Shown here: piece by piece, positions 47,232 to 55,720 of the stretch
Layout of the letters: each line of letters opens with the position of its first letter
Position numbering within the stretch: position 1 is the first letter of the stretch
Source of the DNA: a virus
IMG/VR virus record: IMGVR_UViG_3300037493_005292
Coordinates: 1 to 64,000 of that record
DNA: 64,000 nucleotides
Strand: one strand, 5' to 3'
The notes under the pieces: generated by a model
Database searches by the model: none
The model's input: the letters and a program-made list of their open reading frames with translations, nothing else
Told to the model about the DNA's origin: nothing
Program-made: the position numbers and the translations under genes

Positions 47232-49906
47232 GAACACACTCCAGTTTGGTTTGAGCAGTTACGGCAAGCGTAGCAGGTAGCGCCAGTCTTCACCATGGGG
47301 TGTCCGCACTCTGGGCAGATGTCTGTTCCAAGGTCGGGGATGGCGTCGTCGATATCTGGGATGCTCGACATGCCGTTTTCGTAGTTGTTCCCGGGTTCGG
47401 GGACATCGACATGTAGGAAGCGGATCTTCATCCACCGCGCGATGTAGTCCATGAGGGACCCCGCGGTACGGATCTTGGGATTGCCAGTCAGTCCCTGGGG
47501 TGGGAACTTGCTTCCGTCCATATGGCTGAGGAGCTCCTCGAGGGGCAGACCAAACTGGAGCGCCTTGGACAACAGTGTAGCGTAGGAGTCGAGGAGCCCG
47601 CCGATGGTCGAGCCGAAGCGCGCCATGCGGATGAAGACCTCCATCGGCTGCTGTGTATCGGGGTCGAGCCCCACGTGAAGGTAGCCTTTGTGGCCGGCGA
47701 CCTCGAAGTGGTGGCGTACTGAGGGAACTTCGTCCGGCAGAATCTTGCGCTGCAGCTTGTGCTCGACTTGCACTTTGGCGATGGCCTCGCGCACGCGCAT
47801 GGGTTCGTTGAGCTTGGACCCCTGGCGGTAGACCGTGATGGCTTTGACCCCTTTCTCCCACGCCTGCAGGAAGACGTTTCTCACTTCTGAGACAGTTGCT
47901 TCGTGGGGCATGTTGAAGGTTTTTGAGATGGCGCCAGAGACGAAGGGTTGGGCTGCAGCGACCATGCCGATGTGCCCGTCGATAGAGATGGACCGTGTGC
48001 CGGCCGTCATGGAGCAGTCGAACACCGGGAGGTGCGCAGGCTTGAGGATGGAACCCTCGAGGTGCCCGTGCTTCTCCGCGTACATGACGAGCTCGTCGAT
48101 GTCCCCGGTGTCGTAGCCGAGCGCGCGGAGCGCCTGCGGGACCAGCGGGTTGACATAGTCGATGCTGCCTCCGCCAACCAGGCTCTTGAACTTCTTGAGG
48201 CCGAAGTCGGGCTCGACGCCGGTAGTGGCACAATCCATCATGAAGGCGATGGTTCCCGTCGGTGCCAGAAGGGTGGTTTGGGCGTTGCGGAAGCCGACGC
48301 CCTCTGTTGTGGTCTTGTCCCGAGAGCGTTTCCCGAAGCCGAGGGCGAAGGCGTCTTTCCAGCGCTGAGAGGCGACGTGCTGGATGCCCGCGATGTCTTT
48401 GGCCAGTTTGCTGGTCGCACTCGCATGTTTTGTGAGCACGTCGTCCATGGGGACGCGGTTGACATCGAAGCGCTCAAACGCTCCTACCGTTTGTGCCAGC
48501 TCAGCACTGGTGAGATACGCCTGGGCAGTCATTAAGCTGGTGATGCTGGCAGTCAAATCCCGAGCTGGTTGGCTGTCGTAGGGAAGACCCCAACTCATCA
48601 GCAATCCACCTAGGTTGGCGTAACCCAATCCTAGTGTTCGGTATTTGCGACTGTTCTCGCGTATTTTATCGGTGGGGTAGTGCGCTCTATCTACGATGAT
48701 GTCCTGCGCTGTTATCATAATGCGCACGACGTGGCTGAACTTCTTATGGTCGAACTCGCGTTCGTCCTTTTCAGTTTTAGGAGCGTTAATGAACTTGCAC
48801 AGATTGATGGAGCTCAAATTACAAGCTGAATCGTCTAGCCACATAAACTCGGAACATGGATTACTGGAATTTATCTCACCATCATTAGCGCATGTGTTCA
48901 TGCGGTTAATGTGGTCATGGAACTGCATGCCGGGATCTCCACAAGCGTGCGTGGCCTCTGCGACGCAGTCGATGATGTCCCGTGCTTTTACCGTACGAGC
49001 AACGCTCCCATCCGTACGGTTAATGAGTTTCCATTCTTGGTCAGCGTTGTAGAACAACCCTTGATGCGCCGCGTGCATGAACTCGTTTGTAGCTCTAACC
49101 GAGTTGTTACCCGTTTGGTGTCGTGCTGCAGCGTACGCACCTTCACGGTCATTGAAGTCGCTTGAAAGCCCCGACTGCACGAGGCGCTCAACGAGGGCTT
49201 CCTGTTTGACCTTGCAGTTGATGAACTTTTCGATGTCTGGATGGTCAGCGTTGAGGATGCACATGCGTGCTGCCCGGCGTGTGCGCCCTCCAGAGAGGAT
49301 GACATCCGCGAAGGCGTCATACCCCTGCATGAAAGACACTGGGCCGGAGGCGTTGCCACCTCCGCGGATGGCCTCGGAAGATGCACGCAGTTTAGAGAAA
49401 TTCACACCACTGCCGGCGCCTTCCTTGAAGATCAAGCCCTCGGTCGTGGCTAGTCCAAGGATGCTGGACATTGAGTCATCGACGCTGTTGATGAAGCACG
49501 CGGAACAGAGGGGGTGGTCATTGCCAGGGACACCCATGTTGAACCAAACAGGGCTGTTGAACGAAGCCATCTGATGCAGGAGAATCATCCGGAGCTCATC
49601 TGCGAAGTTGTTCGCGTGTTCCTCGTCAAAATAGGACTGCTCGAGTCCCCATGCTTTGAGAGTTCCCACGACGCGTTCGAGCATTTGTCGGACACTGGTT
49701 TCCTGGTAACTATCGATACGGGAGGCGCGGAAGTATTTGGTAGCAACAATCTTTTTAGCGACATCAGACCAAGAGCTAGGAAATACGCCGTTGGGATGGT
49801 GGAATAACACGTCCCCGTTAATATTGGTTACGGTAACGGGAAAGGTGGTGTATTCCACAGTTTGGTAGGGGTCTTTGTCCCCTGCGAACAGCCTATCAAA
49901 TTTCAC
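47228..49906 (-). CDS. nrdJ: class II (adenosylcobalamin-dependent) ribonucleotide reductase
   Basis: SFNSPVWFN, CSACFI, GSGVNFS, GG.TRRAA.M, SNPCSEF, LAPTGTI, ISKTFN; C-terminal Zn ribbon and terminal Cys. Confidence 0.95.
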   Translation of the reverse strand: MKFDRLFAGDKDPYQTVEYTTFPVTVTNINGDVLFHHPNGVFPSSWSDVAKKIVATKYFRASRIDSYQETSVRQMLERVVGTLKAWGLEQSYFDEEHANNFADELRMILLHQMASFNSPVWFNMGVPGNDHPLCSACFINSVDDSMSSILGLATTEGLIFKEGAGSGVNFSKLRASSEAIRGGGNASGPVSFMQGYDAFADVILSGGRTRRAARMCILNADHPDIEKFINCKVKQEALVERLVQSGLSSDFNDREGAYAAARHQTGNNSVRATNEFMHAAHQGLFYNADQEWKLINRTDGSVARTVKARDIIDCVAEATHACGDPGMQFHDHINRMNTCANDGEINSSNPCSEFMWLDDSACNLSSINLCKFINAPKTEKDEREFDHKKFSHVVRIMITAQDIIVDRAHYPTDKIRENSRKYRTLGLGYANLGGLLMSWGLPYDSQPARDLTASITSLMTAQAYLTSAELAQTVGAFERFDVNRVPMDDVLTKHASATSKLAKDIAGIQHVASQRWKDAFALGFGKRSRDKTTTEGVGFRNAQTTLLAPTGTIAFMMDCATTGVEPDFGLKKFKSLVGGGSIDYVNPLVPQALRALGYDTGDIDELVMYAEKHGHLEGSILKPAHLPVFDCSMTAGTRSISIDGHIGMVAAAQPFVSGAISKTFNMPHEATVSEVRNVFLQAWEKGVKAITVYRQGSKLNEPMRVREAIAKVQVEHKLQRKILPDEVPSVRHHFEVAGHKGYLHVGLDPDTQQPMEVFIRMARFGSTIGGLLDSYATLLSKALQFGLPLEELLSHMDGSKFPPQGLTGNPKIRTAGSLMDYIARWMKIRFLHVDVPEPGNNYENGMSSIPDIDDAIPDLGTDICPECGHPMVKTGATCYACRNCSNQTGVCS

Positions 49907-49915
49907 GATTCCTCC

Positions 49916-50509
49916 TCATAGGTCCAGGATTCTTTTGCCTGGGATCCGTGTCTCAGTTGAATCTTCTTTTAGTGTGAGAATGACTTCTGCTTGTTTACGT
50001 GTATGTACCTTATCTGTCAATAACGAATGCGCAATATGTGCTAACCATAACGCGTCTGCAATATCATCGTTAATCTTTGTAGAGTCGAGGTAAGGCCATC
50101 GGTATAACGCGGCTGCAATCATCGCATCTTTTTGTGCGGCACCGCTGCGCGTCGCAAACTTCTTCAGCATGGTGGGTTGGATTACCGTGGCGTGTATTTT
50201 GAAATCAGCCAGGGCCACGAGAAATACGCCCCTAACTTGACCGAGAGTGTCGGCCTTATTGATTGCTTTGAGCGCAGGTCCTTCGATACAGGCCGTTGAC
50301 ATACCGTGTACCGGGACGTGTTGGGATAGTACTTCACGGAGTCCATCCCGTAAAAATAACAGGCGGTCTTGCTCACGTAACTTGCGCGGTATGATACACG
50401 CAGTATCAATGACCTCGCCGTCTATCCCGAGAACAGCAATACCTGTGCTCTGAGCCGATGGGTCTATTCCGACGAACCGGGTAATCAACGTTGACTCGTA
50501 GTTTTGCAT
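49916..50509 (-). CDS. ruvC: RuvC-like Holliday junction resolvase
   Basis: GIDPS...TG.A, IEG, P..LKKFAT..G.A.K..M, DDIADAL. Confidence 0.88.
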   Translation of the reverse strand: MQNYESTLITRFVGIDPSAQSTGIAVLGIDGEVIDTACIIPRKLREQDRLLFLRDGLREVLSQHVPVHGMSTACIEGPALKAINKADTLGQVRGVFLVALADFKIHATVIQPTMLKKFATRSGAAQKDAMIAAALYRWPYLDSTKINDDIADALWLAHIAHSLLTDKVHTRKQAEVILTLKEDSTETRIPGKRILDL

Positions 50510-50550
50510 CGACTACCATTCTCTGAGACTTCCCTACCGAAGGCAAGCAA

Positions 50551-51201
50551 ATGGCAAAGATAGAAATCACATACACGAAAGCGTCGCTCGACAGCGGCTA
50601 TTTCCTCGAGACTGTGGTTCACCCATACCCCGAAACAGATCCCACGACGTTGGAAGAGTGTCTGATCATCAACGTTTCTACTGGTGATCTGGTGCGCGTG
50701 GCGACCATCGCAGAGCTCACGTCTATTGCGGCTGCTCCGACTATCCGCTGGGTTAACATTCCCACGCTAATCGTGGGTAGCACGGTTGAAGCTGGGGATG
50801 TTATCCGATTCACATCTGTGCCAGACGAGTGGGAGTATTTGGGAGTTACAACGCCGTATAACGTGTCGGTATCAGCGCTTGGGACAGACGCACCGATTAC
50901 GGCGATATTGGCAACAGCGGACCTACCGTGTGAGTTCAGCGCGGAGGTAACGGTGGGACTCTATACCTCTACGGGTACTGAGAAGCTGCCTCCTATGGCG
51001 CATACCGTTACCGTCAATCGGCATGACCCGGCTGCTACAGGTTTGCCTACCTACTGGCGTTGTGAGAGCGTCGTTAGTATGTACGATACGCTCAATGATG
51101 CCGAGAACTATTTGGCAGCGGTGCAGGCGGGCGCAGAAGCGCTAGTACTTGAGTACCGTGCCAATTCGTTCGTGGGGGTACTCACGGAGATTTACGAATG
51201 A
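50551..51201 (+). CDS. hypothetical virion-like protein (paralogue 1)
   Basis: Acidic and Thr-rich; shares motifs with the next two ORFs. Confidence 0.6.
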   Translation: MAKIEITYTKASLDSGYFLETVVHPYPETDPTTLEECLIINVSTGDLVRVATIAELTSIAAAPTIRWVNIPTLIVGSTVEAGDVIRFTSVPDEWEYLGVTTPYNVSVSALGTDAPITAILATADLPCEFSAEVTVGLYTSTGTEKLPPMAHTVTVNRHDPAATGLPTYWRCESVVSMYDTLNDAENYLAAVQAGAEALVLEYRANSFVGVLTEIYE

Positions 51202-51569
51202 GCGTAACGATCTCAATACGGGAAACACGTACGCTGGAGCCCGACAACTTATACCAAGTACGTGAAGAAGTTACGGCGTCTTCAGAGATCGCGTCGAGCA
51301 TCTTTGTATTCCGGACAGTGGACCAGACCTTTGACCATGTAGCTGTGCCCTGGGATATGGAGAATTTGCCGTATGAGACGCAGGATGATGCAGAAACGAA
51401 TGGGGCCGAGTTCTATCGATTGGACACGGTAGTCCGTTCGTTTACCCAGCAGAGTCGCGCCTTAGACTTTTCGACATACACGCTAGCGCGTATTAACTGG
51501 TTGGCAGAAGAGTACGGGTCTGCAACACATGACTTCGTGGGTGTACGTTATTACACCTATACGGTGTGA
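51198..51569 (+). CDS. hypothetical virion-like protein (paralogue 2)
   Basis: ATGA coupling; core domain only. Confidence 0.6.
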   Translation: MSVTISIRETRTLEPDNLYQVREEVTASSEIASSIFVFRTVDQTFDHVAVPWDMENLPYETQDDAETNGAEFYRLDTVVRSFTQQSRALDFSTYTLARINWLAEEYGSATHDFVGVRYYTYTV

Positions 51570-51572
51570 ACT

Positions 51573-52625
51573 ATGCAATTTACGCGCGTCAGCCAGGCAT
51601 GTACGACCTTCCCTCAGTCAGATGGGACAATGGTCTACGACATCACCTCGACGGTGCTTGACCAGGGAGAGCTTCCGCACGCGAATATCTTCCTGTTCAC
51701 CATCCTTGATCCTGTAGATCCCAACAGGGATTCGTTTACGCGCCTGGCGAATCCATACGATATCTTGCACGTGGCACAAACGCGGGATTCAGCGATAGCT
51801 GCGGACGAGACCACCTACCTGGCGTCCGTGATGACGCGTAGGTATACGGATATCGAGGTTGCGGTACAGGCCAAAGATGCTGTGCGCTCGCGCATTGATA
51901 ACTGCGTAAATTCATGGGTCACGTACGATACGCAGTTTCAAGGTACGCTCGAGATCCTGCATCCAACGGCAGAACCCACATATGAGCAACAGCTCTCGGA
52001 CGCGTATGCTGCGGCTCGGGATGAGCGTATCGCAGCAGAGGCAACCGTAGTACTTGCGAATGCCGCAGTGGATTTGGCGCGGGTAACAGCGACCGATTCT
52101 CAAGAGTTCGCGGACGCATATAAGAGTGAGACAGAGTACTGCGTTAGCGCCCATAACGCGACCACTGGGTACTTGTCTATGTACCTTAATGGTCTTGGAA
52201 CAATCAGCGGTGTTACCGGGTTGCTCGCGGCGTCGAATACCTTCTTGGCAACAAGTAAGGTAGAGTTTGAGACGTTGTCTGGCTATCCGTATACACCCTC
52301 GGGCGTTATCGTAGGACTAGACCCCTCGTTTAACGCGTGGCTTACGGCTATCCGAGCGCACGACGCGGCAACATCGACTTTCAAGCAGAACAGCGCAAGC
52401 TACGTCACGACGTTTACCAGCGCTCAGACTGCGTTCTGCCAGAACGCTAATACGAAGTACGCGGAGAAGGTCGTGGAATCCGCGCAGGACAAGGGCGCGT
52501 TGGCAGACGCTATTAAAGCAAAAGAAGAGGCCGACGCTACATTGGTTGCCAAGGAGTCTGCGGAAGCAGCAGCTCTCGCCGCTGCTCGCGCAGTCTGCCC
52601 TGATTTTGACCCCAATGATGCGTGA
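51573..52625 (+). CDS. hypothetical virion-like protein (paralogue 3) with coiled-coil extension
   Basis: Core domain plus Ala-rich helical C-terminus. Confidence 0.6.
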   Translation: MQFTRVSQACTTFPQSDGTMVYDITSTVLDQGELPHANIFLFTILDPVDPNRDSFTRLANPYDILHVAQTRDSAIAADETTYLASVMTRRYTDIEVAVQAKDAVRSRIDNCVNSWVTYDTQFQGTLEILHPTAEPTYEQQLSDAYAAARDERIAAEATVVLANAAVDLARVTATDSQEFADAYKSETEYCVSAHNATTGYLSMYLNGLGTISGVTGLLAASNTFLATSKVEFETLSGYPYTPSGVIVGLDPSFNAWLTAIRAHDAATSTFKQNSASYVTTFTSAQTAFCQNANTKYAEKVVESAQDKGALADAIKAKEEADATLVAKESAEAAALAAARAVCPDFDPNDA

Positions 52626-52636
52626 CCTCTTCTACC

Positions 52637-53992
52637 TTACCTGTTTCGGTTGAACTCAGTGCTGTTGGTCATGGCTCCTATCCCCCAGTAAGAAACGAAA
52701 TCCAACGGGTTTGAGATGTCGATCTGATACCAACTACGTATCTCGTAGTTGCACAATGCGGATAGCCTAACTTCGCCGCCGTACCGCGTTTCTATAAACG
52801 CGATGGGATAGTCAACGGTGCGAAAACCCCGGCTATGCGTGGGACTTCTGGACCTAGTGGAAGCCATATAGAGCATGGCTTTTTGCTGTTTGGTCATTTC
52901 GAGGTACGCAGGTGGATCTTTAGCATCGTCACCTAGAAGGCCCAATACTGCATCGAATCCTTGTATTTTGATGTCTTTGAAGCGGTAAGGGTCCCGCTTA
53001 TGCCGCAGTACAGCGACCAGCTTATCTCCGTTGTGGTACTGCTGTGTTAGGGTTAGGTAAACTACACGTCTTTTGTACCGGCGTGAAAGTAACCCGCTGT
53101 TGTATGCAATGTACGCAAGCTGTTTGTCGGTGTACTCTGTTTCCATCCCTTGGATAACAGTGTCGAGATACTGATCCCAGTTATCGTACTTGAAGGTTCC
53201 CGTACAATACCTGGCGTGGTAGAAGTTCTTTCCGTTTTTACCTTCTCCCGTGCATCCCTTGTAGAGCAGACACGTTGTACACGTCTTGCGCTTAAAGCGC
53301 ACGAGAGCGGCAGACTTAATAGACCTATCACGTTTTTCGTATACGTTTTCTGTGATCAACTCAAAGTGATGTTGGTCTAGTCTGCGTACGCTGTTTTCAA
53401 AACTCTTAGCGGCAGTCATCGTCGGGCTTACGTATTCAAAACCTGCGATGACTCGATTGCGCTTCTTACGCGCCCATTCAATGATGTCTTCAGCTCCCTT
53501 ATCAGATTCTTCTCCGTCATCCTTGAGGGCTAGTTCTTTAGGGCGACAGTGGTTGGTGGTGTCGGGGATTTCCATGCAGCCGCTACACCCCAGAACGTAC
53601 TTGTGTGGAAGCGCGCAGCGGTCGTACACGGTAGCTGCGTCAAATGACTCGATGCCGTCTCTGTGCACAATGTCAAATGTGCCCCGAGTTACGTCTAGTT
53701 TATTGACGTAGTTTTTCGTGTCATACGACGCAATGAGCAATTGGTATTGCCGGTCTTTAGACTCTAGGTCGTATATACGGGGTATAACGATGTACGGGAA
53801 TCCTAGAAATTCTCGTAGTTGTGGGTTGTTTGAGATGGCGTGTACGATGTCAGGCGTGTGGATGCTGGGAGCGTCGCCAAAGTCATCAAGATTGATGAAT
53901 ACCAGAATGGGGCGTTTGGAGTTAGTCGCATAACCCCGGGCTGGTACTAATCCGCTCTCCTCCGTCGCTACTGTCCAGTATAGTTTTCCCAT
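52637..53992 (-). CDS. unknown basic Cys-cluster protein, candidate RT partner
   Basis: 451 aa; C...CSGC...C and CTTC....C...C; overlaps the RT 3' end by 71 nt. Confidence 0.7.
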   Translation of the reverse strand: MGKLYWTVATEESGLVPARGYATNSKRPILVFINLDDFGDAPSIHTPDIVHAISNNPQLREFLGFPYIVIPRIYDLESKDRQYQLLIASYDTKNYVNKLDVTRGTFDIVHRDGIESFDAATVYDRCALPHKYVLGCSGCMEIPDTTNHCRPKELALKDDGEESDKGAEDIIEWARKKRNRVIAGFEYVSPTMTAAKSFENSVRRLDQHHFELITENVYEKRDRSIKSAALVRFKRKTCTTCLLYKGCTGEGKNGKNFYHARYCTGTFKYDNWDQYLDTVIQGMETEYTDKQLAYIAYNSGLLSRRYKRRVVYLTLTQQYHNGDKLVAVLRHKRDPYRFKDIKIQGFDAVLGLLGDDAKDPPAYLEMTKQQKAMLYMASTRSRSPTHSRGFRTVDYPIAFIETRYGGEVRLSALCNYEIRSWYQIDISNPLDFVSYWGIGAMTNSTEFNRNR

Positions 53993-55115
53993 GGTCTAGT
54001 GCCAGCTCAAGTTCTTTGGCCAGCTTGGCTCCTTTCGTAGGCATGATGTGGCGGTAGTAGTTGAGTTTACCCTTTAGCCAGGTAATGAATGTTTCGACGT
54101 CGTTAAACCCAGCACGCTCGTACTGCGTATCTGCCCCCCAAACAAAGCAGTTGTGTACAATCGCTTTTATCTGGAGGTAATCGTGCCGCGCGATGTTGGG
54201 TCGCTGGTTAAACACAAGTCCTAGCATCTGTTTACGGAAATTCTCGCTGTGTAGTTTGGTTTTGCCCGTATTGGGTTGATACCCTGCAGCGTAAATAACC
54301 TGGTAAAAGCGGCGTAGGATGTGTTCTTTTTCGATTAAAGAGAAGTCTCTTCCACACGTGAAAGAGAGGTCGTCGGCATACCGCGAGTAAACCCACCGAT
54401 ATGCACCTTCCAGTTGGTACTGCTGGTTCATGGATTCAAGAAGTTGAAGCATGGGGATGTCGAGCACACGGTCAGCAACTAGATTGCAGATGCTTCCGGC
54501 GGTTGGGTTACCTTGCGGAACACCACAGAAGAATGGTGGTGCGGTCGTTTCAGGAACGTAGTGCGTGTTGGGAATGCCCGACACGGTAAACATTCCTCCC
54601 AATAGACTCGCAGTCTCATGGGGGTATCCCAGGCTCTTAAAGTAGTTACGGACCTTGCTCTTGCTGGTAGTAGAGAAGAAGTCTTGCAGGTCGATTTGGA
54701 TGTAGGCACCGCGGCGAGGACACCGGTGTTTAGGCGGGGTATAGGATGGGTCACCGTTATTGTCACAAACAATGCATGGAGCAATGTGTCGCGCCACAGC
54801 GTCCTTGATGCTTTGGCCGGTACGGTAGGCGGTGACGTGTCCCCCTAATTGCTGGTGTAGGGGTTCAAGGAAGGTCTTGTTGAGGATTTTCATGAGGGCT
54901 TTCATTAACGGCTCCGGGGCGTGGATAACGCGGAATCCTCCTTTCTTCTTGGGTATTTTGAACACATGGTAACGTTGTTTGACGGGAGCTACAATGGTGT
55001 ACCACAGGACTTTGTTTCTCATTCCCAGGTGGTAAGCCAATGAGAAGTCATCGAATGGGAGATGATTTTCTACGTCATAGCCCGTTATCGTCGTTTCCGG
55101 GTACCCTGGCGGCAT
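53922..55115 (-). CDS. retron-type reverse transcriptase
   Basis: FKIPKKKGGFRVIHAP, AYRTGQSIKDAVARH (region X-like), DLQDFF, PQGNP, YSRYADDLSF (YADD at 54369-54380), N..KTK, QMLGLVFN (region Y-like); AAGGAG RBS. Confidence 0.92.
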   Translation of the reverse strand: MPPGYPETTITGYDVENHLPFDDFSLAYHLGMRNKVLWYTIVAPVKQRYHVFKIPKKKGGFRVIHAPEPLMKALMKILNKTFLEPLHQQLGGHVTAYRTGQSIKDAVARHIAPCIVCDNNGDPSYTPPKHRCPRRGAYIQIDLQDFFSTTSKSKVRNYFKSLGYPHETASLLGGMFTVSGIPNTHYVPETTAPPFFCGVPQGNPTAGSICNLVADRVLDIPMLQLLESMNQQYQLEGAYRWVYSRYADDLSFTCGRDFSLIEKEHILRRFYQVIYAAGYQPNTGKTKLHSENFRKQMLGLVFNQRPNIARHDYLQIKAIVHNCFVWGADTQYERAGFNDVETFITWLKGKLNYYRHIMPTKGAKLAKELELALDHGKTILDSSDGGERISTSPGLCD

Positions 55116-55719
55116 CGTCGGTATCTCCTTTAGTTATCCGGGGTACGGCAACTTGCATGTTTTTCGCACAGCTACTATGACCAGGGGTGCATGCATTTTC
55201 GTAATACAGGTGGATGCTATCGCACACAGCACATACGCACGGTATGCGTTTTCCTGGTGTTAAGAAGTAGGACTCGAGCGCAGGAACTTTTTGAGCGATG
55301 TGGTGTTTGTACGCCTGACTGAAGGAGTACGAGACTTGGCGTGGGACGCTGTCTTTTGAGGATATTTTGCTTGCAAAGGTCGGAACGACCAGTAACCAAT
55401 CCTCGTAGAACGGAATTATGCGGTCTTCCATTAGACGCGTCGTTGAGTAGGAGGATTCTCGGTGTTGCCGTTGGTGGTTTACTACCTCAACTGTTTTAGT
55501 ACCAACCATGTGGTACAGTGCGAGGGCTAGTTCTATGGTGAGTTTGTAAACAAAGGCGTAACGCCAGTGTACGGGGATTTGGTCTTCGTGGTTTACCGGC
55601 CATAAGTAACACCTATCGAATGGAAACCTGTCGTAGGTGTGGGGTCTTCGTGAGTGATCTTCCATCGTCACAATGTTGCCCTTGTACTCTTGGTGGATTT
55701 TCACGCAGTAGACGCGCAT
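55075..55719 (-). CDS. unknown protein with C-terminal Cys/His cluster, candidate RT partner
   Basis: CVCAVC..H......C.PGH..C; overlaps the RT start by 41 nt. Confidence 0.7.
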   Translation of the reverse strand: MRVYCVKIHQEYKGNIVTMEDHSRRPHTYDRFPFDRCYLWPVNHEDQIPVHWRYAFVYKLTIELALALYHMVGTKTVEVVNHQRQHRESSYSTTRLMEDRIIPFYEDWLLVVPTFASKISSKDSVPRQVSYSFSQAYKHHIAQKVPALESYFLTPGKRIPCVCAVCDSIHLYYENACTPGHSSCAKNMQVAVPRITKGDTDDAARVPGNDDNGL

Positions 55720-55720
55720 G

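Noticed and set aside
47259-48535. Long alternative-frame ORFs inside nrdJ (324 aa, 195 aa)
   Set aside because: Arg/Pro/Ala-rich shadows expected from high GC3 codon bias.
53922-55115. DGR or group II intron RT
   Set aside because: Motifs are retron-like; there is no maturase or endonuclease domain and no space for intron RNA; no TR/VR repeat pair was noticed by eye, though a self-alignment would be needed to exclude one.
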